From NCBI GenBank assembly GCA_051874735.1, contig JBJEGD010000005.1, positions 1 to 63,568 on the forward strand: DNA of 63,568 nt. Reading direction: 5' to 3'. Shown here one piece after another: positions 11,056-20,486 of this stretch. Numbering within the stretch: position 1 is the first letter of the stretch; the number at the start of each line of letters is the position of its first letter. The position numbers were made by a program, and so were the translations under genes. This DNA comes from Candidatus Bruticola sp. GTDB lineage: Bacteria > Vulcanimicrobiota > Xenobia > Xenobiales > Xenobiaceae. A model generated the notes under the pieces. That model was not told the DNA's origin. It did not search any database and saw only the letters and a program-made list of their open reading frames with translations.

Positions 11056-11346
11056 ATGCTGCAAGATTTTACGGTAAAAAATATCACCAAATATGAAAGC
11101 GGATTTGCTTTAGCAGGCGTAGTCTTTCAATTAGGACCAGTCATTATCAGAGGGGCTAAAATTTTCGAAAAAAATGGGCAGCGCTGGCTTGGCATGCCAG
11201 GACGCATAAGTGATAACGGCGATTGGGGCGATTTTGTATACTTCCTTGATCAAGAAATGAAAAATTTAGTAGAGCAGGCTGTAATTGATAAATACAGCCA
11301 AGCTTATGAAAAAAACGGCCGCTCTATCCAAACCAAAGCGAATTAG
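11056..11346 (+). CDS. SpoVG-like nucleic-acid-binding protein (copy 1)
   Basis: IRGAKIFEKNGQRWLGMP..R...W.D pattern resembles SpoVG; GAGG RBS. Confidence 0.7.
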   Translation: MLQDFTVKNITKYESGFALAGVVFQLGPVIIRGAKIFEKNGQRWLGMPGRISDNGDWGDFVYFLDQEMKNLVEQAVIDKYSQAYEKNGRSIQTKAN

Positions 11347-11391
11347 TGCTTTATTTATTCAATAATCTCAATAAAAAGGAGTTAACATATT

Positions 11392-11700
11392 ATGAAGTTT
11401 GATACAGAAATTCGTCAAATAATTCCCCTCTGTTCTGATACTTGTGCCAAAGCGACCGTCATGTTCAGACTGGGTCCGTTAATGGTTAAAGGGGCTAAAA
11501 TTTTTGAAAAGAACAACTCGCGCTGGTTGAGTATGCCGGCCAAACGCACCAAAAATGGACGTTGGCTGGAAGCCCTTCAATTTACAGATAAACAAGATAA
11601 ACTCGATTTGCAAGACGCGGTTCTGGCTCAATACGATCTGATTTTAGCTCAACAAGAAGAAGAGCTGGCTTATAATTCAGAGCAAATCACTGCAGATTAA
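11392..11700 (+). CDS. SpoVG-like nucleic-acid-binding protein (copy 2)
   Basis: VKGAKIFEKNNSRWLSMPAKR; paralogue of the preceding ORF; AGGAG RBS. Confidence 0.7.
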   Translation: MKFDTEIRQIIPLCSDTCAKATVMFRLGPLMVKGAKIFEKNNSRWLSMPAKRTKNGRWLEALQFTDKQDKLDLQDAVLAQYDLILAQQEEELAYNSEQITAD

Positions 11701-11714
11701 ACGCTGACCTGCAC

Positions 11715-11761
11715 AAAAAAAGGAACCGTCATTTTCCTAAGCCAAGGCATTGACGGTTCCT
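11715..11761. terminator. Intrinsic terminator (U-tract on the minus/gdhA strand)
   Basis: A-run then AGGAACCGTCA ... TGACGGTTCCT. Confidence 0.7.
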
Positions 11762-11827
11762 CTAAATGGCCCTATTAGCTAAGTTTTATTATATACTCAA
11801 CTAAGACAACCACTCTAAAAAAATTAG

Positions 11828-13108
11828 CTAGCGAATCCAACCACGAATACGGCAAGCTTTAACTACTCTATCAATAGCAATCATGTAAGCGGCATCACGC
11901 AGAGAGACTTTGCGCTCTTTAGCTAAATCGAAAACTGCGAGAGCAGCAGTAACCATCAGCTTCTCGAGCTTATCGAGAACTTCTTCGCGCTCCCAGTAGT
12001 AGTTCATGTTGCACTGAACCTGCTCAAAGTAAGAGCAGCTCACACCACCAGCATTAGCTAAGAAGTCGGGAACAACAATCACGCCACGCTCTATTAAAGC
12101 TTTCTCAGCAGCAGGAGTTGTCGGGCCATTGGCACCTTCAACAATCATCTTGACTGTAGAAGCTATTTGATGGCAATTTTCCTCTGTAATAGCTCGATCT
12201 AAAGCTGCAGGAATCAAGACATCAACAGGAAGCTTCATCCATTCGTCACCAGCTAAACGCTGATATCCCAGCTCAGCCGCTTTCTCTTTATCGATACTTC
12301 CATATTTATCAGTAGCAGAAATGAGTTCACTGAAGAGTACACCAGACTCTTTTGTATAAGTATAAGCGCAGCGATCAGCCTTATCCCAACAAGAAACACC
12401 CAGAACCTTACCGCCAAGCTTATTGATAAGCTCCACAGTGTACTGGGCGACATTACCAAATCCCTGAACAGCAACAGTCATATCTTCCAACTTATAACCG
12501 TTGTACTTAAGAGCTTCACGCAAGGTGTAAACTACACCGTAGCCAGTCGCTTCAGTTCTACCTTTGGAACCGCCCATGCCTACGGGCTTACCAGTTATAA
12601 AGCCAGGTTCATGAGCAAAACGAATGTGCTCAAGTTCATCGAGCATCCAAACCATATGCTGGCCATTGGTCATCACATCGGGAGCCGGCACATCTTTTAC
12701 ATTGCCGACAGTACCAGATATGGCACGCACCCAACCGCGGCATATACCTTCCTGTTCACGCTCACTCAGCTCACGCGGATCGCAAATGACGCCACCTTTA
12801 GCACCACCCAAAGGAAGATTAGCTACAGCACATTTCCAAGTCATCCAAGTAGAAAGGGCTCGTACTGTGTCGGCAGTCTCCTCAGGATGGAAACGAATAC
12901 CGCCCTTACCCGGACCGCGAGCATCGTTGTGAACGATACGGAATCCGCGGAAAATACGAGTAGAACCGTCATCCATACGTACAGGAATAGTAAAGTGATA
13001 CTCGCGCATAGGCACGCGGAGCAAATCGCGAGCATCCTGCGGCAGATCTAACAAATCGGCTACGTGATCAAACTGGGCCTGAGCCATCTGGAATGGGGTT
13101 TGGGACAT
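11828..13108 (-). CDS. gdhA: Glutamate dehydrogenase (Glu/Leu/Phe/Val dehydrogenase)
   Basis: GPGKGGIRFHP, GGAKGG, PAPD, ATGYG, QGFGNV, EGANGP, ANAGGV. Confidence 0.95.
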   Translation of the reverse strand: MSQTPFQMAQAQFDHVADLLDLPQDARDLLRVPMREYHFTIPVRMDDGSTRIFRGFRIVHNDARGPGKGGIRFHPEETADTVRALSTWMTWKCAVANLPLGGAKGGVICDPRELSEREQEGICRGWVRAISGTVGNVKDVPAPDVMTNGQHMVWMLDELEHIRFAHEPGFITGKPVGMGGSKGRTEATGYGVVYTLREALKYNGYKLEDMTVAVQGFGNVAQYTVELINKLGGKVLGVSCWDKADRCAYTYTKESGVLFSELISATDKYGSIDKEKAAELGYQRLAGDEWMKLPVDVLIPAALDRAITEENCHQIASTVKMIVEGANGPTTPAAEKALIERGVIVVPDFLANAGGVSCSYFEQVQCNMNYYWEREEVLDKLEKLMVTAALAVFDLAKERKVSLRDAAYMIAIDRVVKACRIRGWIR

Positions 13109-13548
13109 TAGATAAAGCCTCCGAGTAATTCCAATTTACAGATTTGACACTACCAGCGGTGTAAACCGCAGTATTCTTGCTTCACAGATTACTCCACCTT
13201 GGCCAACGGTGAGTAAAGGCTTCAGCAATCTCCACAAGCGTATTTTTATACTGTTCCCGTATGTCGTCGGTACAGTGTTACCATATTCCACAAGTTCTAG
13301 CAGCTCAAAAAAACTGCTCTACCATTAAGCGGAACTATATACACATACATTACGGGCTACCAACAATCGCTACACAAAACACTTTCTAACTTGTCAGTTA
13401 GTTGCTCAGCAAACAGAAAGCAGCAGCCCTATCTAAAACCGCTAACTTACAGTTCCCTACTCCGCCGTATCCTAAATACGAGCGGCAAACTCCCCTAAAG
13501 GAACAGCGGAGAGAGTTACACATAAGAGCGGAGAAATTTTTACAAGAA

Positions 13549-14769
13549 CTAAGGAATTAAGCTAGGCAGAACAGCGTAGAACTCAGTCGCCTTAACCACA
13601 TCATCTATCGGCACGCTATCGCGCACAGTGTGAGCGGTGACTTCATCGCCAGGGCCGAAACCGATAGAGGGGATGTTAGCCTTGCCCATCCAGTAGATAC
13701 CGTTAGTGGAGAATGCCCACTTGCTGGAAGGAACATCTTCTAAACCGATAGCGACACGAGCTTCTTGACCAGCTTTTACTAACGGATGCTCGGCATCTAA
13801 AGCCCAAGCGGGGAAGTACTTATCGACAGGGAACACGAAGCCGGTATAAGAAGGCTCAGCGTACTTCATCATTTCCACAGTAATATCGTTCTTATATTGT
13901 TCAGGAACGAGCTTACGGACCTGTTCTAAAGCTCCCTCAGCAGTCTCGCCAAAGGTCATGCGGCGGTCTACGTAAACGCGACACTCATCGGGTACGGCGT
14001 TTATGGACGGAGTCTCCACCTTGACATCGGAAACGGTAATTTTACCGTGTCCTAAGAACTCATGATCGCCCAACTCGGGTTCAAGTTTAGAAATACCTTC
14101 GATAACTGGGAGTACCTTATAAACGGCATTGTCTCCCAAATGGTTGGAAGCCGCATGAGCGCTCCGACCTTTGGAAATAATTTCAATCTCTACGCGCCCT
14201 TTATGGCCACGATAAACCTGCATTTTGGTAGGTTCGCCGATCACTACGAAATCGGGTTTTACACCTTCATGCTCAACTAAGGCATTAGGAGCGATACCGT
14301 CGCACCACTCTTCCATATTGCCGAAATAATAAGCTTTCCAGCCTTCAAGAAGGCCCAAACGCTTAGCAATAGCTAAGCCATATACCATACCGGGAGTACT
14401 ACCTTTTTCATCGCAGGCACCGCGGGCATAAAGAATACCATCTTCTATTTTGCCTTCAAAAGGATCCCACTGCCATTCAGCGGGATCGCCGATACCGACG
14501 GTGTCGATGTGACTGTCGAACACAATAGTTCTGGGGCCATCGCCAATTTCACCAACGATATTGCCCATACTATCGAACCAAGTTTTATCGAAACCAAGTT
14601 TATCCATCTCGGCTTTAATGCGCTCGCCTACTTCTTTAAGTTGGGAATTCATAGAGGGAATAGCGCATATTTCACGCAGAAACTTTACAATGTCTTCACG
14701 ATGTTTAGCGACTTCAGCCTTTATGGCGGCTACGCTGTTATCACGTTCACTCATTACAAAATGCTCCAA
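13549..14769 (-). CDS. ygeY: YgeY-family M20 metallo-hydrolase
   Basis: DSHIDTVGIG..W..DPFEG, RGACDEKG, EEWCDG, GEPT, RGHKGR, FSTNG, GFGPG; recalled similarity to YgeY. ATG at 14754 is a likely start. Confidence 0.85.
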   Translation of the reverse strand: MEHFVMSERDNSVAAIKAEVAKHREDIVKFLREICAIPSMNSQLKEVGERIKAEMDKLGFDKTWFDSMGNIVGEIGDGPRTIVFDSHIDTVGIGDPAEWQWDPFEGKIEDGILYARGACDEKGSTPGMVYGLAIAKRLGLLEGWKAYYFGNMEEWCDGIAPNALVEHEGVKPDFVVIGEPTKMQVYRGHKGRVEIEIISKGRSAHAASNHLGDNAVYKVLPVIEGISKLEPELGDHEFLGHGKITVSDVKVETPSINAVPDECRVYVDRRMTFGETAEGALEQVRKLVPEQYKNDITVEMMKYAEPSYTGFVFPVDKYFPAWALDAEHPLVKAGQEARVAIGLEDVPSSKWAFSTNGIYWMGKANIPSIGFGPGDEVTAHTVRDSVPIDDVVKATEFYAVLPSLIP

Positions 14770-14929
14770 AAAGTACAGTGCGCCAGAAGCTGCAGTGTCA
14801 GTACCTGCAGTTCAGGCTCTATAACCGCCCCTAACTTCATTGCCGACGAACTTTCTTCCTGCAGAATGATAACTTTTTTTTAGGCATTTTAAGTGAGACA
14901 GAACCTTATCTGCAGTCATCTTTCTAATA

Positions 14930-16015
14930 TCACATAACGTTAAAACGGACTACTTGCTCTGCACAATTTTGGACTTGTTCTAAAAAACTACCACCCAATT
15001 TTTCATCATTAATCTCAACACAAATAGTAGTAATGTCTTCGTTTAGACGATAATCTTTCAGTTGTTTTAATAAATCTTGACGCCTCTGTTCCAGATATTT
15101 TTTATCTTGGCAACGCTCTATTTCGAATAGAGGATATATTTCATTAAGTTCATCTTCATAACTAGATAAAAAGACCGCCTCATGTAAAGCTTCATGTACA
15201 CAGGCTGAACTTATAAAAAAAATAATTTCTTTAGGATTGCGCAAGTTCTCGCACAGATGGCGTATATAGCTGGCCGCTCGTTCCGATTTACCTAAGCATA
15301 AAATTACATTAGTTAAGGACAAGCGGTTAAACTTATTAGTACTGAGTACTTCACTAGAGAGAATCCAATGTCTATTTGTATACCCCTTTAGCTCATTCAA
15401 TGAATAAATGCCCCGCTGAATCACTCTCCAATCAACAGCAGAAAAATCTGCTATAAATTTTTCTTGATTGAAGATAGGACCAGTTAAATTACTCTCGACA
15501 GCGATATCACATTCCGCCGCTTCAGCTTCAATTCTATCAAGCAGATACCGCCCCTCTAAAAGCTTTCTCTCCCTTCCCTCCTCATACAAACTTAAGAAAG
15601 TACCAGCTAAGCGTCTGTTCACTGAACGCAATATACTGTTAATTGTACCACGTTGGCAGATCCAGACTGCCGCCTTGGCTGAGCCTATTCTCATCCATTC
15701 TTCAACTGCAGGCGAAGCAGTAGATATCAGTATAGATAAATCGAGATAAAGATAAGACAGGAAATTGTTTATATCCGTTTTATCAGGGCTATCTTTCCAT
15801 ATTTGCCAAATATCTTTCAATTCAGCAGCACAAAAATAAATAATACGTTTCTGTCCATGCCAATTAGCTAGTTTTTTTACACTATCTCGAAAGTCAGCCC
15901 TACATAAAAGCAGACATCCAGCCTGGAAAACACAAGCAACAATTCCGCCATTTTCAATAACTTCATTAACTTTTTTACTGTCTCGAGAAGATTTAAAATT
16001 TTCTATCCAACGCAA
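14930..16015 (-). CDS. Hypothetical protein
   Basis: 361-aa ORF divergent from the chemosensory operon; no recognised motif. Confidence 0.6.
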   Translation of the reverse strand: MRWIENFKSSRDSKKVNEVIENGGIVACVFQAGCLLLCRADFRDSVKKLANWHGQKRIIYFCAAELKDIWQIWKDSPDKTDINNFLSYLYLDLSILISTASPAVEEWMRIGSAKAAVWICQRGTINSILRSVNRRLAGTFLSLYEEGRERKLLEGRYLLDRIEAEAAECDIAVESNLTGPIFNQEKFIADFSAVDWRVIQRGIYSLNELKGYTNRHWILSSEVLSTNKFNRLSLTNVILCLGKSERAASYIRHLCENLRNPKEIIFFISSACVHEALHEAVFLSSYEDELNEIYPLFEIERCQDKKYLEQRRQDLLKQLKDYRLNEDITTICVEINDEKLGGSFLEQVQNCAEQVVRFNVM

Positions 16016-16108
16016 TTCGTTTACATAACCTGCCGCAATGTATATAAAGGAATCGTCTTCTTGCTCGATATATCAGACTGCCTTATTTTCTGCTACTATA
16101 CTGAGCAT

Positions 16109-16639
16109 ATGAAGCAGTTCAGCCAACAGAAGAACGACAGCCCAATTTTAACTTTCAAACTTGCAGGAAGCAATTTCGCAGTTCCGCTGCCTTGTGTCAT
16201 GCGAGTAGAACAAGCAGCGGCCCTTCTTCAAGTTCCCAATATGCCTAATCATATTATAGGGTTACTAAACCATCATGGCACCCTTATTCCGGTTGTCGAT
16301 ATTAGATCGATATTTTCCATGGCCACCCAACCTCTCCACCCAAGCAATCAACTTGTGATTATCAAAGCCCAAAAGGATAATTTAGCGTTTGTAGCCGATC
16401 AAATTATTGGCTTATCTTCTATTCTCTCCCAAACAGATATGTGCTCACTGATAAAAACACCTCTGAAAATTGCTAGCGCAGTTACTGATACTAACCAGAG
16501 AATATTTCTTTTTCTTAGCCCTGAGGAACTACTGGCTCCTTTTAATTTGGACGAAGTGAGACAGCTAGTGCAGCAGAATCAATTGGCAATTAACAGAGAG
16601 GGCAGTCCCCTCACTAATAAAGAACAGCAGCAAGGATAG
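16109..16639 (+). CDS. cheW: CheW-like coupling protein (WspB-like)
   Basis: FAVPL..V.RV, VP.MP..IIGLLN.HG.LIPVVD; ATG at 16109 preferred over TTG at 16061. Confidence 0.88.
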   Translation: MKQFSQQKNDSPILTFKLAGSNFAVPLPCVMRVEQAAALLQVPNMPNHIIGLLNHHGTLIPVVDIRSIFSMATQPLHPSNQLVIIKAQKDNLAFVADQIIGLSSILSQTDMCSLIKTPLKIASAVTDTNQRIFLFLSPEELLAPFNLDEVRQLVQQNQLAINREGSPLTNKEQQQG

Positions 16640-16671
16640 CTGCTCTAAATTCAGAACTCACCGTATAAAAT

Positions 16672-18195
16672 ATGTATGCTCTGCTAACACGTTTCGAATC
16701 TCTCCTTTATAAATGGGCAGGCCAATGGTTCCCGGAAAGCCGCCGCAGTGATCTTCAGTATGCTCTTATTACTACAGCTAAATGCTATGGATATACCGAA
16801 CGTCTCAACGATTTTATAACTTTCCTGGAGAAGGAGCCCCCTAAACAGATACGCGACGAAATTATCCAATCTATATTAGTCGGAGAAACTTACTTTTTCC
16901 GCGATCCACATCTGTGGGATAGTCTCAAAGAAGAGATTTTGCCAGAAATAATCAAAAAAAGAGCTTCTCAAAAGCGCTTGCGCTTTTGGAGTGCGGGCTG
17001 CTCAACCGGTGAAGAAACGTACAGCTTAGCTATTACTATCAAAGAATTTTTTTCTAATTTAGCCGACTGGGATATAAAAATTTTAGGTACAGATATTTCT
17101 CAGCGTTCGCTAGCCCGAGCCCAAGAAGCCACATATAATCAGCGCTCTACCAGAGGTATAAACGACTACTTTAAAGCAAAATGGTTAAAAAAAGAAGGCA
17201 CACAACTGACTATCAACTCTGAATTGCGCAGTTTAACTACCTTTTTTCAGCACAATTTATGCGATCTCAATTTTCCCAATCATACACTCAAAAATATAGA
17301 TCTTTTAATTTGCCGCAATGTACTGATATATTTAAGCAAAGATTATTTAAATAAAATTTTGGAATGTTTCTATAAATGTCTTTCTCCACACGGATGGCTG
17401 ATTTTAGCTCCTACTGAAATACCGTTCGAGCTGCCCCCATACCTGTACTTGCAGCGTATGAAATCTAGATTGCTGGTGCTCAGACCTAAGGAAGCTGCAC
17501 TCCTTGCAAAAACTACGGACTATCGTACCGGTTCTGCCCTTGACCTTAGCTTGACTTCTTCAACTGCAAATTCTGTTCTTTTCCTTCCTTCCCGTTCCCT
17601 CTCCTTATCGTCTCAATCAGTCCCCCTGCTCAATCAAATTGGCATTTCAAGCCCATTAACTAAAGAAACTGTCAAAATTTTCGCTAACAATCTGAAAGAC
17701 AAAGAGTTATCATCACCTTCTTTACCCCCTCAGCTCAATCACCCAAATCAAGCTGTAGAACTAGCTAAACAGGCACGTCATTATGCCGATAAAGGCAACT
17801 TTACCCAGGCTTTGATATCTGCTACCCAAAGTATAGATTCTTGTCCTACCTACATAGACGGCTGGATGATTCTAGCAACTATCCAGCGCGAATTAGATCT
17901 CCATGAAGAGGCGATAGAATCTTTACATAAGGCCATTTATCTAGATCCAAATCTAGCTGCTGCCTACTTACAGCTAGCTCAAGTAATGTATAAGAACAAA
18001 GATTATAATTTTCGTCATTACGTAGATACTTTTAACAAACTCGTTGAAAATATGGACGACAGCACACTGCTGCTGCACAGTTTTGGTCTTAAAGTAAGCG
18101 AAGCTAAGCATTTAGCTGAAACTTTACAAAAGTTCAGCAGCACCAATACTTATCTTTCCAACATGTTCAATTCTTCTGCGCCCAAGCAGACCTAA
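16672..18195 (+). CDS. cheR: CheR methyltransferase with C-terminal TPRs (WspC/FrzF-like)
   Basis: GETYFFRD, WSAGCSTGEETYS, GTDIS, CRNVLIY; TPR region (KAIYLDP..AAAY). Confidence 0.92.
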   Translation: MYALLTRFESLLYKWAGQWFPESRRSDLQYALITTAKCYGYTERLNDFITFLEKEPPKQIRDEIIQSILVGETYFFRDPHLWDSLKEEILPEIIKKRASQKRLRFWSAGCSTGEETYSLAITIKEFFSNLADWDIKILGTDISQRSLARAQEATYNQRSTRGINDYFKAKWLKKEGTQLTINSELRSLTTFFQHNLCDLNFPNHTLKNIDLLICRNVLIYLSKDYLNKILECFYKCLSPHGWLILAPTEIPFELPPYLYLQRMKSRLLVLRPKEAALLAKTTDYRTGSALDLSLTSSTANSVLFLPSRSLSLSSQSVPLLNQIGISSPLTKETVKIFANNLKDKELSSPSLPPQLNHPNQAVELAKQARHYADKGNFTQALISATQSIDSCPTYIDGWMILATIQRELDLHEEAIESLHKAIYLDPNLAAAYLQLAQVMYKNKDYNFRHYVDTFNKLVENMDDSTLLLHSFGLKVSEAKHLAETLQKFSSTNTYLSNMFNSSAPKQT

Positions 18196-18207
18196 AAATT
18201 TTTAATC

Positions 18208-18714
18208 ATGGACAATATCAACGATATTTTAATTAAACGAGCAGAACGCCTGGCGAAGCCGATTGTAAAAACTAACAGCAGCGATAACTCCTTGAGCTTG
18301 CTGCGATTTAAATTAGGAACCGAGTTCTATGCTATTGAGTCTAAATACGTATCTGAAGTTGTCAGCACAAGTAACTTAACTCCTATTCCTGGAGTACCAG
18401 ATTTTATTACTGGGCTTCTGTCTATTCAAGGTCAGATTTGGTCAGTTATTGATTTACGTGATTTTTTCTCTATACCTAAACAAGGTCTTTCTGACCACCC
18501 CAGGGCTATATTAGTCGAAACTCCCAGCCTGCGCTTTGGCATTATGGCAGACTCTCAACTGGAAATTATCAATACTGATAAGTTGTGTCCTCCCCCTGAC
18601 ATAACTGAACGCATTCCTCGCAACTTCATAAAAGGAACTATTGATTATGCGGCTGTAGTCCTCGATCTGGAACTTTTATCTGCAGATTCACACCTGGTGA
18701 TAAAAGACGATTAA
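18208..18714 (+). CDS. cheW: CheW-like coupling protein (WspD-like)
   Basis: RAERLA N-helix; F.LG.E.YAIE, TPIPGVPDFITG, SVIDLR. Confidence 0.9.
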   Translation: MDNINDILIKRAERLAKPIVKTNSSDNSLSLLRFKLGTEFYAIESKYVSEVVSTSNLTPIPGVPDFITGLLSIQGQIWSVIDLRDFFSIPKQGLSDHPRAILVETPSLRFGIMADSQLEIINTDKLCPPPDITERIPRNFIKGTIDYAAVVLDLELLSADSHLVIKDD

Positions 18715-18821
18715 CCATTAATCTGCCAAGTAGTTGCAGAAAATTTTACTCATACAGAAACAATTCTTGCCAGTATATGTATATTTAACTAGAAATACTG
18801 TTTTTTCAGAGGTGGAAGCAA

Positions 18822-20459
18822 GTGGCATCAGCTACACAGACAATAGGTTTTAATAAACGGCGTTCAACATCGCAAACACTAAGCTGGGTTGTAGCCATAC
18901 TGCTAGTAGTAACTTTAAGTGTTACCTGTGTGTTAGTTCTAGGTATGGAACCTAAGTTAAAAAAAGCTAATAAATTATGCCAAATAACTTCCAGTACGGA
19001 AAGCCGCCTATGGAGAATTTTTGATCTTTCCACTCGCTTAACTGGCGATATAAGCGTTATCGAACGTTCGCAAACGATAGAAGAAATTAACGCGGAGAAG
19101 AGACAACTTCACAGAGAGCTCAACTACTTAACTGATGAGATACCTGCTTCTTTTGCTCCGGCTAGTGACAATATTGCAAGAGCCTACGACGACTGGAACA
19201 GAATTTTCATACAACTCAATCAATCAATCACTAATTCCAGCGCAACTCATCAAGGTAATCTCCTCTCCTTCGAAAGAGATATATCACCGATATTAATGTC
19301 TTTAAATTCTATTACAGACATGCTGGCAGATTATACAGATAAGCTTTCCAATCAAGTAAGTCTGATCACTTCCGGTGTAAACGCCTTTATTTTATGTCTC
19401 ATCCTAATTATTTTAACTATGGCCCGCAGTGTATCAAATCGCGTACTCTTTATCCAAGAGTCAGCTTTAAAAATTTCTTCCGGTGATCTAACTGCCAGAG
19501 TTCCGATTATAGGCAACGACGAAATGACAACTCTAGCCGAATCGTTCAACAATATGGCAGAGCAAATAGAGGCAAAAATTGTATCAGAACGTGAAGCCAG
19601 AGGCAAACTAGAAAATCTTATTAAGGCTCTACAAGAAACTGCCTCCTTAGTAGCAGAAGCCTCTAGCGGCATTTTAGAAGCTACAACTAAACAAGCCGCT
19701 GCTATGTCGGAAGAATCTTCTGCTGTGTCAGAAACTTCTGTAACAGTTGGTGAGCTTAAACAAGTTACAGCTTTATCAACTAAAAAAGCTGAGGAAGTAG
19801 CCCATTTAGCCCTAACTTCTGAAAAAGTCACTTTGCGCGGACGCGAAGCTGTTGAACGCACTATCAATGGGATGCAGACTATCCGCAAAGAGGTGCAAGC
19901 CATAGCTTCAGATATGCAGCATTTATCAGAACAGACCCAAGCCGTAGGAGAGATTATATCTACAGTTCAAGAACTGGCTGAACAATCTAATATGTTAGCG
20001 GTCAATGCCGCTATTGAAGCAGCCAGAGCGGGAGAGCATGGTTACGGATTCTCAGTAGTAGCCAGCGAAGTAAGATCATTAGCAGAACAATCCCGTCAAG
20101 CCACAGTACAAATACGTTCTATTTTAGGAGAAATTCAAAAAGCTGTGACAGCGGCTCTCAGCAATACAGCTACAGGAACAAAAGCTGTTGAAGCAGGTGT
20201 TGAGCTGGTCAATCAAGCCGGCGAGGTCATTAGAGCTCTAGCCGAGACTATTAGTCTATCAAGCAGTTCAGCTAGTCAAATACGCGCCTCTTCAGAGCAA
20301 CAAGCAGCTGGAGTAGACCAAATAGCCCAAGCTATTGCAGCTATCCAAGTAGCCAGTAAACAAACTTTAGAAAACACCCATCAAACTGAAAAGCAGGCTA
20401 AGAACATGAAAAATATGTCATTCTCGTTGCACAGCCTGCTAAAAAACGGCGAATTATAG
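18822..20459 (+). CDS. Methyl-accepting chemotaxis protein (2 TM, HAMP, MA domain)
   Basis: Two TM segments, HAMP (GDLT..DE...LAESFN), signalling hairpin [33 protein letters not shown]. Confidence 0.95.
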   Translation: MASATQTIGFNKRRSTSQTLSWVVAILLVVTLSVTCVLVLGMEPKLKKANKLCQITSSTESRLWRIFDLSTRLTGDISVIERSQTIEEINAEKRQLHRELNYLTDEIPASFAPASDNIARAYDDWNRIFIQLNQSITNSSATHQGNLLSFERDISPILMSLNSITDMLADYTDKLSNQVSLITSGVNAFILCLILIILTMARSVSNRVLFIQESALKISSGDLTARVPIIGNDEMTTLAESFNNMAEQIEAKIVSEREARGKLENLIKALQETASLVAEASSGILEATTKQAAAMSEESSAVSETSVTVGELKQVTALSTKKAEEVAHLALTSEKVTLRGREAVERTINGMQTIRKEVQAIASDMQHLSEQTQAVGEIISTVQELAEQSNMLAVNAAIEAARAGEHGYGFSVVASEVRSLAEQSRQATVQIRSILGEIQKAVTAALSNTATGTKAVEAGVELVNQAGEVIRALAETISLSSSSASQIRASSEQQAAGVDQIAQAIAAIQVASKQTLENTHQTEKQAKNMKNMSFSLHSLLKNGEL

Positions 20460-20486
20460 CTAGATATTGAAAGGCAGAAACAGATA

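Noticed and set aside
12253-13051. Antisense and alternative-frame ORFs within gdhA (likewise within the MCP, cheA, rplA and 60411..60896)
   Set aside because: Shadow ORFs of well-supported genes, with no RBS or motifs.
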